64,000 bases of DNA from Nymphaea colorata (lineage: Eukaryota). The translations under genes and the position numbers were made by a program. The stretch covers positions 19,468,001 through 19,532,000 of the forward strand of contig NC_045138.2 of the NCBI RefSeq assembly GCF_008831285.2. Direction: 5' to 3'. Shown here piece by piece: positions 51,201 to 63,670 of this stretch. Within the stretch, counting starts at the first letter, position 1; each line of letters starts with the position of its first letter. The notes below the pieces were generated by a model, which saw nothing but the letters and a program-made list of their open reading frames with translations, was not told where the DNA came from and searched no databases.

Positions 51201-53987
51201 AAAGAAAAAGAAATTCAAATAGAAATACCACTACCAACCAAATGGTTAACATCTACTCCTTGTAATAATATCCGCACAGTTTTCATCTCGATTTTTTTTT
51301 TAAGACTAACATTTTACATTTTACTTTTTGTCCTTCACGCTTAAATGTGAAATTAATTAAATTTTCCATTCACAAACATATGATACATGCAACCTGTATT
51401 TATATCTTTGTAATTAAATAAAATGTTGACAAAACCCAAGCATCAACATTCCATGCTAGAAACACTCGTTAGTACTGTTTCGGGCAGCCCATTATTTTTT
51501 TATTTTTTATTCATATAATCTCGGTTATGGATTACCTCCACAAATTTTTGGACTATTATTTTTTTTTTGGCAATCAAATTAACAAAATGATTCCAAATCA
51601 AAATCCACACAAATATTGTAATATAAATTTATAAATGTTTTGGTATACTAAGGCATTGACGATCGACACATGTTCGTTTTTTATTTTCATTTTTCATTAC
51701 ATCAATGTCGTATATATTAGGGACAATGCAGTTTTTAGTAAAATTCTTTTATATTTTATATTTGGCCAGAATTTATGTGGATATATATAGCCTACAAAAG
51801 GTCTGGTAAAAATGACAAAAGAATTTGTGCTTTTTTGTTTTATCTGAACCATATTTTTTTAACTTTCTAAACTTCTGCTTGGCAGGTTCTTATGTCACAT
51901 TGGTGTCAGAGGTGATATCTTGGCTTATATTAATCAAGTCATATCCGATACAAAATCGGTAAGTTCTATTAATTTTTCTTTTCTTACGTTCTTCATCATA
52001 TTATATGAATTTACATCTGTCTAGATATTCTGGTATCTTATTTATTCTCTGCCTTAATATTCATGAGGTCCTTGTGGTCCTTCCCAGTATATGGCAATTG
52101 ATTTCATATTATCCGAGGAAGGCCAACTATGAAATGCAATTGTCAAATAATTTGCTTTATAAATAAAAATAAAAAAATTCAATTGTTCGGCATGTTTTTT
52201 AAAGTGTATGTGGTATTAAAATATTATTCTCGAAGTATGTTAATAAAATGCAAAGAAGAAACAAAACAACAAATGATAAATGAAGTTGCTTCCTTAGTCA
52301 ATATGTGACGAGAACTAAATACCAAATGCCATTAAATGCAGACTGCAAATTAGAATAAAAAATGGAACAATTTGCAATTATAAAATTACAGTATAGTATT
52401 TGACTGGAATACCAAGCATTTATTAATTGAATCAGTAAATTTCTTTGATATGCCATTTCAAGACTTAAAATATTAATCATTTAAATTTTTTCAAAAATTA
52501 AATTATTTTCAAATGGAAGTTTGGCAGACTTGCCTTTATCCAATAGATAATTTATGATTATACAATATAGTAGAAAAGGTTTAAGAGTAGTTCCTTATTT
52601 TATGAGACTAAAAATCTTCACGTTTGGTAGCCTTAGATCAAACGCTGCGTTTAAATCCAGCTTAGGTTAAATCCACAACTTACAAAGCAGTGCATTTCTC
52701 AACTTACAGGAATCCCAAATTTTTTTTATCTTGAGAAGACCACGTACTTATGGTTTGAGGGGGGAGAGGTTGACCACTAGTGGAGTTAGAAAATTTTAAC
52801 TGGATGAACATTAAATATTTTTAATTCTTTTAGGGGAATATATATATTAAAGCTTTAATATAAAAGTAAACAGGATCCGAGGCTCTCGAACATATCCGTG
52901 GTTTGTAAGTCTCAGTTTTCTTTTATTATACTAATTTGTAATTTCTTCTAAGCTGGTTATAGGGCAAGAGAACAACTTAAAAAGTACACAACTTTCGCCC
53001 GTCAAAAAAAAAAAGCCAATTGAATGGGAAAGCATGAAGCATGTGATCTGCATCATTAAAATAATGAAAAGTTAATGCAGACTTGATTAAAAAACTTTTC
53101 GTCGGTTGTTCGCCATGATAAGGCAAACCAAAACGTCGACGTTGCAGAATGTATGATAATTTGTCGTTGAACATTTGAAAGAGTAGTAAACGATTCACTT
53201 CCATGGCAAAAATTTCGGACCCAAATTTGAACAAGCAGTTGATTGAAGGTTGAGAAAGATTCAGAGATTTGATTGAATCTAACCAAATGCTTGGCAAACG
53301 TCGATTTATGATCTTATCTTGAAATTTAAAAGTTCGCAAAAAGTCTTGGACTTTTTAGACTAAAAAAAAACACAGAACAATTCAATTGACGACTTACAGT
53401 CAGGTCAACTTCTAAAATTCATGCCTATTTCCAAACAATATAATGAGAAAAACCAAAAGAAATATGTGGAAAAAAGTGTTTCAATATGCAATTTGCAAAG
53501 CCACCAAAATGAGTTGTGAACCCATTTGATTGTAATAAATGGCTTTATTAAAAATATTTCATTAATATTTTTTCATGAAATGTTTTTTATGCTTTTATCT
53601 TTATGTGTTTGCAAAAAAAAAAAAAATACAAAATTTCCATGATTCGTCTTTTGTATAAGTACCATTATCCGATACTATGTGATATATCATTATGAGCTTG
53701 GATATTGGACAAGTTTATGACTAGCCTTTCTAAAAAATGCAACTAGTGCTCATTGCTAGAGCATGATTGATTTCAGTTTCTAATATTGGCTGCCTTTGTA
53801 CATCCATTGTTAAGAAAGACGGTCATTCTAGTTAGATATTCAGATCATATACACCCCATGTTTGATGGGGACGGGTTTCACCCCTCAGCACCCGATATCA
53901 TCGTAGGCCGGATCTGGGCCATCCGATCGAGCACAATTAGACGGACAAAACACAAAAAGAGTAATGAGTTCGCTAGGTTAAATTGAC

Positions 53988-54049
<62 letters not shown>

Positions 54050-54063
54050 GAGAGAGAGAGAGA

Positions 54064-54457
54064 GGTTGGTAAAACCACACACTTAGGCAGGGATAAAAAC
54101 CAGACCTTTTAATTTTGTGCTTAAAAATGGTTTTAAATAAAATATGAACATCTTAGTATATTTGTAAAAACTATTTTGGTGTAAAACATGCTTTGGATCA
54201 AGTTGTTTTTATGAAAAATATTGGTTTTTATATTATGGAAATGTTGATGCTATGAGAGACATTTATTTTTGTTTATTATAAAAACACTATTAAAACCCAA
54301 ACAGTGATCAACTTAATAATATTAACTTAATAAAATTTTGTATCAACCTATGCTTATGATCATATTGGAAATGTTAGATTTAAAAAAAAAAAACTTAAAT
54401 ATCATATTTAAGGGGTCCGCTTTTTGTTCCTGACCTGGTCTAGTTTCTACCAAGCGC
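54064..54457. mobile_element. ~390-bp TIR element embedded in TA/GA microsatellite; truncated relative at 10836-11148
   Basis: Imperfect ~50-60 bp TIRs. The body is collinear with 10836-11148 (ATAAAAACCAGACC..TTAA, AAAATATGAAC, GTAAA.CATGCTTT, TTGATG.TAT.AGAG.CATT). Both copies are flanked by microsatellite. Confidence 0.7.
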
Positions 54458-55067
54458 TATATATATATAGCATTTTAGCCATTTCTACCCCCAAACAGTA
54501 ACTCTCTTGTTAGAAGCCCAAGCACAAATGTTGCTTCTGCAATGGACATCTGTCACCTTTTCAACAAGATTTTCTCTCTCTTAACACTTGTGTGAAGATG
54601 AAGAAATTTCAAAATTTTCAAATAATATAAATGGGAATAACCCTTAAAGAGGATTTCTACAATAGCATCAAGAAATAATAGCGTAAATTATTTGTCTGTG
54701 GGATGCGTCCACCATTAAAGTGGATACAATCTTCACTTGTCAAGTCATGGCAATGGTCGTGGATATAAAATTAAATTACTGATTATGAATAAGGTATTCA
54801 CTAAACAAACGAGAGACGAATTTGGGACGTATATACGGAAGCAGATCCAGAAGCATCTAGAGGATAAACACCCTCACTGATCTTTCTGCATGACATTCTC
54901 TATTGTTTTATCACGTTATCTACTGTTTGATTACTTGAGTGACATAATACGTTCTTTGATGAGCTGATTGACATAGACCATTTAAGAGAAACAAATGTTG
55001 GATCACTCGAGCAATATTGTCCTTTTTCGGCAAGACAAGAAGTTTTAGCTACTGATGACCCTTTCTA

Positions 55068-55716
55068 GGCAAGACTTCATACGAAGGGCCATGAACTTAG
55101 AGAAGATTTTGTAAAACACATTGCATAATGTAATTTGTTTGAGGGTCCTTCATTGTGCAGATCCCTTCTTTATTTGAATCAGGGTGACATGAGATGAATT
55201 TAACTTCTTCACAAATTTTCCTGTGGAAAGAAAGTTGTCAATGATTCTGATCATATCTGTCCCAACGACATACCTGTGTTGCTGGAAGAAAGCTACCGGG
55301 AACTCGTCCAGGCCCGATGCACTATCACCATTTAAGGAGAAAACCATATGCGTATGCTTAATTTCCTCTGCCGAGATTGGCCTAAGAAGTGACATGTTTT
55401 CTTGAGAAATTTTGGACTGACGTTCATTTTTTTTCCATGTCATCACCTGAGCCTTCAACTACTCCAAGCAAATCACGAAAAAGGTTTTTGCAAACCTATC
55501 TGAACTCTATAATGTAACTAATAGTTCCACCATTATGCTCCAATTCCATGATACTATTCTAGTGCATCTACCTTTTACCACTGCATGATAAAACGTAGTG
55601 TTTCTGTCACCTTCTACCATCCACCTAATTCGAGCTCTCTGTTTCTACAAACTATTCTCCGCCTCTAGAGAAGCTTGAGTTCCTCTTTTATGGGCAGTTC
55701 CTCTACAATCCCAACC
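55068..55716 (-). mobile_element. L1 LINE ORF2 internal fragment
   Basis: KQRARIRWMVEGDRNTTFYHA, PISAEEIK..VFSLNGDSASGLDEFPVAFFQ and LNSSHVTLI are the pre-RT motifs of plant L1 ORF2. The frame is disrupted. Confidence 0.85.
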
Positions 55717-56224
55717 ATGTGGAAAAAAAAATGTTTCAATATGCAATTTGCAAAGCGACCAAAATTTGTTATGCTCCCATCTGATTGTTATAAATGGTTT
55801 TATTGGAAACCTTTCATTAATATTTTCTCACAATATTTTTTACGAAATGTTTTTTATGTTTTTATCTCACATCATGGCAATTGGTCGTGAACTTTAAAAT
55901 TCAATTACTGATTCTTAATCATGTATTTGTGCAAGTAATCACTAAACAAACAGGAGACGAATTTGGAACATACATACAGAAGCAGATCCAGAAGCATCTA
56001 GAGGATAACCACCCTCATTGTCGATCGTTCTGAATGACATTCTCTATTGTTTTATCACGTTATCTACTGTTTGATTACAAGAGTGACGTAGTCCGTTGTT
56101 TGATGAGCTGATTGACATAGACCATTTAAGAGAAACAAATGTTGGATCACTCAAGCGATATTGTCCTTTTTCGGCAAGACAAGAAGTTCTAGCTACTGAT
56201 GACCCTTTCTATGTCAATCAGCTC

Positions 56225-57764
56225 TCCATAATCCTTGGAAAAAAGGATACCATGAATCTTATTTATCCAAGCCATTTTGGTAGACCCCCATGTGGAGGTA
56301 GTTGAATCATTCCTAATTGAATATAAATACCCTTTTTTTATTGTTCCACGATAAGGTCCGTTCAAAAGAGGATCATAAAACTTAGGTAAGCATTCTTGTT
56401 CCTCTTCATCATTGCACAATCTTTTTTCGACCACATCGAGGATAAGAGATCCTTTGTCTATAGCTTCGATTCGATTTATGAATTCGTTCCTTAAGTTATT
56501 TCTTTGTTTTTTAGTGGTTGAAACCCATTCATGAGAGAGGGCCTCCACAGGTAGTTTTTCCGCTGTGCGAAAAGACATCTTTTTTTGTATCATCTCAAAA
56601 AAAGTAGACAAACTAGGTGGATATGTGAAAGATTCCATTGTTGATAATCAAAAAGAAGAGACATAAGGGATTTTTCAATTTATAAAAGTTCATTCTTTTC
56701 TTTCTCTTTCAGGTCGAATTCATCTTCTTCCTTTCCATTCAACCAGATCTCCTTTGTTTTATATATCTTCTTGTAAAGATTCCACCTTTCTTCCTCTTCC
56801 AAAGAAATGGAAAGGTCTTCTTCCACGGATCTATCTTCTTCCTGTTCTATCTTATTTGTTTTCGAACCTGTTTCTATTTCTACATTTCCTTCTTCTTCAG
56901 TTTTATTCTTTTCTTCCCCTTTTGAACTTTCTTTCAATTTTTTAGTTATAATGGGTGATGGCATTCTTCCTAGATAGCATATACAGATGATAAATAAGAG
57001 AATACTAAAGATTTGAGATATAGAATTTCTCCATTTTGACATAAGATCATTATTAGATCTAAAAAGTGCATTAGATCTCATTTTTTCCCATGGCCAAGAT
57101 AATACTAAGCCAATACATTTCATCAATAACATGTGACCAATTAACCAGCCAAAAAAACTACTTGTTACAAATAAAATCTTATTGTTGTATCGAAACATGG
57201 GAATGTCGACTAATCTGGTTAATGTTGAACTTGGTAAAATAAAATGGTTGAATAATTGAAAAATTAGATTATTGAGGAATAAATATTGAATGCTAAGGTT
57301 AGGAATGAAATTCCCGTGAGTAGATCTATAATCAAAAAGGGATTTCTTATTGTTTCAGAAGAACAAATAATGAAACAAAAGATACAATATAACTAGGACA
57401 GTCAGTGTATGGGGTCTACTCAATGCTAGATACAAGGGCGGATAATAGGTCGATATGAATACTATGAACTGTCCCATAATAAAAGCAGTTGTTGCTGATA
57501 CTTCTTTTTCGCTCCCTTCTTTCATAACCGGAGTTCTTAGAAATAAGAGATAAGAGGGACCTACAGAAAATGTGGTTAGAAATCCATAATAAAGTCCGAC
57601 CATAACGACTGAATTCAATATATTCATCCATAATAATAATAGATTACTCAGCATACTATATTTCAAAATCATTCATTAACCTCCCCTTTTTTTGTTGCAA
57701 CTTATCGATTATTATATAATAATTTCTTAACTTTTCATATATAGAAAATAGAAAGAGATAGACT
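56225..57764 (-). pseudogene. ycf1: NUPT: nuclear copy of the plastid ycf1 (Tic214) 5' region plus upstream spacer
   Basis: Consecutive ORFs give [93 protein letters not shown] and [15 protein letters not shown], all ycf1 hallmarks. There are no introns. In-frame stops lie at 57355-57357 and 56680-56682, with a frameshifting internal deletion near 56633. The ATG is at 57672. Confidence 0.93.
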
Positions 57765-59179
57765 GCTCATACATACTAACATCATATCAAACATAGAAAA
57801 TGAATAAAACGATATAACAAGTATATTTCAAAATAAATGAAGAAATGAAATTTATTTGCTCATACTTTCTGTGCATTCAAAAGTAACTCTCAACTACAAA
57901 TAGAAAATTTTTAGAGCCTTCTTGCACGGTTAGAAGGGGTGGCAAAGGAAATGAAAACAAGAGAAAACTACATACCTTTAATATAAATGATTATATGAAT
58001 GAGTCTATTTTTTGGGATGATTCTAAGGTTGCCTTGGGTGAAACTTTCAGATAATAAAAATAACCCTTCAAGAGATTTCATTGTACTCTATTGAAGAGTT
58101 CAAACTTGGTGGAGAACCTTGGAGAAAAAAAGAATAGAAGAATGGAGAAATCGAAAGAGAGAGAGGTATGAAAAACTTTAGATTTTCAAGTGTGGAAGCA
58201 CTAGAGGTTCTCTCAAGAGTTAGTTCATGTTCGAGAGAAAAGATTGTAAAGATATTTATAAAGAATTTTGGAACTAAAACTCAAAATTTGATTTTTTTTA
58301 AATTTAACAATGTTTTCATGCAAATTTCAAATACTTTAAAATGATTTTCAATATTTTTTTTTTAAAAAAGGTTTTGACCAAGTGAGATTGGCCATTAGCA
58401 TGCAATACCCCTTTAGGTGTTGGCAGGGCTAACGCCCACCCAACAAAGCCAAAATAGGGAGGCGGTTTTAGCTGAAATTGAGGGCTTGTGCAAGCGGCAC
58501 TGTGATTGGCCGCATGCGTGCACAGTACTGTTGCAGGCGCGTCGGCATGGTGCGCGTGGCAGCACGCGACGCGCGCAACTGCGCACCGCACAGCACGCTG
58601 TCGAGCGACTTTGTTCAAAAATATGAAATAATAATAAAACAAAATAAGTATAAAAAAAAGTGGCCATTCATAAAAAAGCATGAAACCATTTTTTAAAATG
58701 GGTATAAAATGGTTTTTGTTACAATTAGGAGGATCCAACTCTGTTGTGAGTGATTCTCAGCTTGTTTCAGATTCGGATTGGGTCTAACTTGCTTGCCAAC
58801 ACATTTTAATGAGTGACTTAAACTTAAAAACACATCTTGGCACAAAAATAAAACGAAGGAATGCGCAAATGGCACTTATAGTATTAAATTTTGTTGTTTT
58901 GATCACATCTTTAGATTTTCAGTTTTGAAATACTTGATTTGGACCTAGGCTTGGATTTTTAGATCTCAATCGGATCCAGTAATTGGATTTTGGATTTAAA
59001 TCTAGCGTTTAAAGTTGGGTTTTGAATTTGAATTTTGTGTTTGAGTTCGGACATAGATTTAAAAATTCATTTTGAATCGAATAATCGCGGATTTGTTTTG
59101 GGTTTAAGATTGGACATAGGGTCTAAAAGTTTAAATCCAAATAACGGGTGAAAATAAAATACAGTATTTTTCAAATTTA

Positions 59180-62170
59180 AAGTGATAACAAAAGACATAG
59201 GATCTCCCATTTTCGGAGCCCCGTGTTGGTAGCGACGTTGTCCCCTAGCCTCCCATTGACTATCACCTCATAAGACATTCTAAGGAACCGCCAATAAACT
59301 CTATCATAGGCATTTGAAAGATCTAGTTTGTGACAACTACCTTCTTTATGCCAAAATTCCTTCGAGTTGAAGTTCTCATCCCAAAGGATATTGTCCTGAA
59401 TCTGTCTACTTTTGAAAAATGCTATTTGATTCCCTTGCACAATGCGCATAATAAGGCCTCTCATTCTAAACACAAAAGTTTTGACAATAATTTTATAGAT
59501 AGTATCGCGCAAGGAAATGTGCCTATAATCCTCTACCTTAACTGCATTCAAAGTTTTGGCAATCAAAACAAATTAGAGTGTGATTGACACTCTTAGCTAA
59601 GATGCCTTTAGTGAAAAAATCCTAATAGCAACTATCAAGTCACTGCCAATGGCAGGCCAACCGTCTTGACAGAAGAAATTTGAAAAACCATCCAGCCCTG
59701 CTGCACTGTCTTTGTCTAAATCTTTAACAACTACGATGGCTTCTTCTCTAGATATAAAACTGAAAAGGGAGGCATTCTCCTCCTCCGTCACCATGTCACC
59801 CTCCTGAATCTCATCAAACACATCATCTGAGGCAAGTAGAGTTTGAAAATAATCATAGCAGTCCTCATCTCTAACAACCTCGCCACCTGCTTCTATGTTC
59901 ATGGTGTGCCTCTTTGCCTTTCTACAATCGGCCATAGCATGAAAAAGCATCGTGTTTTTACCTCCCTCTGCCAACCATTTGATATGAGATCGTTGCTTCC
60001 ACACAACGTCTTCTATGCGAAGAGCTTCATTTAGAGGATTCCTGATTATAGTTTCCTGATCAATGGCCTCCAAGGATCCATATTCAACCAAATTTCTACT
60101 CTGCTTAAGCCAGGTCCTCAACATTGCAATACAGTGATTGAGCTTACCAAAACTCTCAGTGTTCCATTTCTTCAAACAATCTTTAACCATAGCTAACTTG
60201 TTAAGAAATCTGAGCGTGGGGCAGCCTAAACATTCTTTTGCCATTCATTCCTCACAATCTCCATGCGTTCAGGAGTCATAATCCATGATTTGAAAATCCT
60301 GAAAGGCCGAAGTCTTTGGCCCCTATGCCTAGCGGAGTTGGATTGATACGATAGTTCACTATGATGAAAGCTGGCGAGAGTTTTAAGGGAGCCTGGCCCA
60401 TCAAAATCGGTAATTCATCTGTCATTCACAAAACACCAATCGAGTTTGCAGAGAACATTCTGACTACCTTTCCTATGGTTGGACCAAGTGTACTTTTTAA
60501 AAGAGTCTTCCACTTCTGACAAGTTGGGCAAAAATAAAACAGTTAAACGCCTAGCACAACCTCACCAGAGGGTTAGTCTCGGTCTTATTCCAGTGCTCTA
60601 ACATGGCATTGAAGTCTCTACAGTCTCCATTAACCATGGACACAATATTCTCCAACCTGATCAGGCTATCCAATCTGTCGAACAGTCTAGTGGGAAAATA
60701 CACACCAAAAACTACAAGCTCATTATTAATCCTCATATCCTGAAAGCACACTCCCAACCAATTAGAGTCCACATAGTTGAGGCACTCCATAGCCATGTTA
60801 TTCCACACACACACATCACCTTGCCTTTCCCATTGAGGACCAAGCCATTAGAAATATGCTCAGAGCCTATAGATCGACGCATAGACACCTCCAATTTGGA
60901 AGAATTCAATCATAAAGTCAGAAATGAAAACAACATCAGGCTGCCCTTGGCCCACCAAATCCTTAAGCTCCTTCTGGGCATCCAGTTCAGGTAGACCCCA
61001 AATATTCCAATAGAAGATCTTCATTGAAGATTTCGAGAAACATCTATCCCAGACAAAGATGTCTCATCGACCAGCAGCTTTACTCACTATTGGATCATAT
61101 GACCAACTTCTTCTAATTGCCCAAGGTCAAAGGCCTCCTTCCACTGTCCCTGAGGTCTTTCTTTTCTTGGAGCCTGGGGAGTGAACTGTTAACAGGTCCA
61201 CTAAACTGGTCGACCGTAATGCATGCCTCACTTTTTCTAATGCTCTTTCAAGATCCTCCTATGTTGTAACCAGAATCATCCTCCTTATGTCTATAAAACT
61301 TCAGAACAGGGGTCTCTGTCTCCTTGGGAGAATCATCAGATCTAACACTCTGCTTGGCAAAGTTACCCTTTGAAAACCTCAGAGGACTTTCTTTTTCTAC
61401 AGCCTTAGACGATAAATTCAAGCTGAGACCAACAAAAGGATTATGCCTCGATGAGAAATTCGAGGTACCGGTTTGAAGCTGAGGGGAACAGCTATGCAGA
61501 TGCGAGCATACACAAGCCTCTCCACTTGAGAGGTGCAGCTGTGGTCTCTAAGCCTCTAACAAAGGATCCATCCAGGCCTAAAGCAATTGAATGTAATCCG
61601 TCCAGAACACGGAGGGCAGGGAAGGCAGCTGAATCCATATCGGCACAGATTACTCCTCAGTTATCTTCAACTCCATACCTGACGACCACCTGCTCGCAAT
61701 CAGAAAACGCCCTCCAATTGACCAGGTTCTTCGTCTCAGCACAGTGACCAGTTCCTCCTCAGACGAAACCTTCACCAGAAATCTCCCGTTGCCAATAATA
61801 GAGCATTTGAGTTTCAAAACCAACACCCATTGTCTTCTCAAGTCCTCGAAAACAAACTTATAGTCGAGGCCCTGTCGACCTCCATGAAAACTACCAATGG
61901 CAGAGAATTGAAATCTCTGTTCCATTTTACGGTGAGCTTCACTAGGGAAGTTAATACTAACCTCATCTCCAGTTTTCTAAACAATGGCCTCAGGCCATGC
62001 GCCATCATCTGCCTCAGCGCTTCCAGTCACGACCTTTGCCCAGCTCAGTCTCCCTTTGGGAAAGGTCCCAGTAGAAGGCTGCAGACGATGATCATCCTTC
62101 ACAGGCAAGGCAGACTCAACCCCCTCCATCTCAAACGAGGTCACTGAACCATCGTCAGACCATGGTTCTT
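59180..62170 (-). mobile_element. Degenerate L1-clade LINE retrotransposon (ORF1 DUF4283-like, ORF2 endonuclease plus N-part of RT)
   Basis: ORF1 remnant: AIGSFHG..LRRQW..IIGNGRFLVKVSSEEE..WSIGGRFLIASRW. ORF2 begins near 61024 with MKIFYWNIWGL..PDVVFISD (APE endonuclease), then DFNA, WKQRSHIKWLAEGGKNT, SAAGLDGF, YRHISL..IYKII, RQIQDNIL and KLDLSNAYDRV. It has many stops and frameshifts and ends before the YADD motif. Confidence 0.9.
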
Positions 62171-63331
62171 TTCTGCAACTAGGGAAAAATTACTGATAAT
62201 TAAGATGTACATTTTTGTGAAATTTCAAAATAATTATGTTGGTGCAGTTCCAATTTACGAAAGTATAAAGTTAAAAAAAAAATGTAGGCATTAATCTCAA
62301 TATACAAAGTTGGTTCTATGCTCACATTGCTTGAAAAATGGGGCCTAAGAATGTTACCGGATCATTCTATTATATATTTTTTTGAAGAGAAAATTATATA
62401 TATATATACTCCATCTACCAAGTATCATAAATATCTCCCTACTATCATGTGCAATTATGACTAATTAGACAATCGAAAGAAGTATCGGTAGAATACACTG
62501 CAGAAAATTTTTCTGGTTCACTCCCAATGATTGCGAGTGGTCAGGACTTTTTCTTTTCTTCTTTGTCTAGTAAAACAAATCTTTCTACGTCGAGAATTGG
62601 GAGCGATCGTGTTAGAATTTGATGTGCCCTTTATTCCAATGCAAACTGCCGACCACATGAGCCTGACCAAAAATAGTCGCTAGAAATCACAATATTGGAA
62701 GATGACAGAGGTACGACTATTCATCATATGTATTGGAAGATTTTATGTAGACCTGTTTTGGAAGGCGGAGTCCATCTATTAGATCGTGCCTAGCAGGCCT
62801 AGGAATCAAGATTTGCGCAAACATTTTTGGACCAAGATTGTTTCATTCTTTAGCGATTTCATCGTGCCGAGCAGGGTTCTCCTTCGTTACCATGTGATTG
62901 CTTTGCTTCTGCTGCTAGAAGGGGCGTGCCGGTATCAGCTGCAAGAGCTGATGTTGCAGAGGAGGAAAAAAATGAGGGTTTTGAACTATGTATGCCCTTC
63001 CTCTTCTTTCATGCGTTCTCCTTGCGGGGACTCTTGACTGATAATCTGCTTATGAGAGATCGATCATTGCCTAGCTCTAAGAATATAGTCTGCTGAAATT
63101 TGTAATAAGTTTCTCTTATAATAATTCTCGCACTATAAAGTCTCAACTGCAACCGTGTCTCTATAACCACTTTAATTGCAAAACAAATTTTTGCTCAAGC
63201 AGACATGTAAAACACCAGCGTACTACGAGACAGAGAGAGATCTGAACGAGAGAGAGAGAGGACTGAGTATTAATTCGGATTAGAGCGGCACAAAAAAGAG
63301 GGGAAGGGTCTGTTCAAAGGGTCCGAGGAGG

Positions 63332-63670
63332 TCAGGGAAGAAGGTCAATCCCCGCTGCTTTGCCTGCCAGGAAGAAAAGGAACATGAGCGCTGTGTAGGC
63401 TACAGCCAAGGATGAGGTGAACGCGACGGCGTTTGCGGTGGCTTGAGGTAAGCGGTGGCCGAACAACAGAAGCGCCAGGCAGAGGAAGAAGGCGAGCTGG
63501 ATCGGCACCATCAGCAGAAGGTAGGAAAGCAACGCCACCAAGACGGAGGAAGGATCTTGGTCGCCCGTCCCACAGAGCATGTCTAACACAGCAACACCAA
63601 GGACGAAGTCCACGAGAAGAAGCGATTCTGCTAATTCCTTCCACCCCATGGTTGCGTCCCGATTCGGCAT
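63332..63670 (-). CDS. Putative small multi-pass membrane protein of unknown family (112 aa from ATG 63670)
   Basis: GC-rich ORF with about three hydrophobic stretches (LLLVDFVLGVAVLDML; VLVALLSYLLLMVPIQLAFFLCLALLLF; AVAFTSSLAVAYTALMFLFFLA). Upstream are a plausible GT-AG leader intron (63821-63754) and a (CTT)n 5'UTR-like tract. I recognised no family. Confidence 0.45.
   Translation of the reverse strand: MPNRDATMGWKELAESLLLVDFVLGVAVLDMLCGTGDQDPSSVLVALLSYLLLMVPIQLAFFLCLALLLFGHRLPQATANAVAFTSSLAVAYTALMFLFFLAGKAAGIDLLP

Larger units (their letters stand above)
53464..56211 (+). repeat. Diverged direct duplication: 53464-53600 plus 54745-55067 vs contiguous 55717-56211
   Basis: Shared ATGTGGAAAAAA..TCAATATGCAATTTGCAAAG, TCATGGCAAT.GGTCGTG, GCAGATCCAGAAGCATCTAGAGGATAA and TGATGAGCTGATTGACATAGACC..GACCCTTTCTA. 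Copy 1 is interrupted by ~1.15 kb and the copies are separated by a LINE fragment. Confidence 0.9.

Noticed and set aside
56100..56199. Box C/D snoRNA (TGATGA...CTGA, also at 54957-55056)
   Set aside because: The C box lacks the leading purine, there is no clear terminal stem, and I recognise no rRNA/snRNA antisense element. The interval is well conserved between copies, so an Rfam/snoscan run would settle it.
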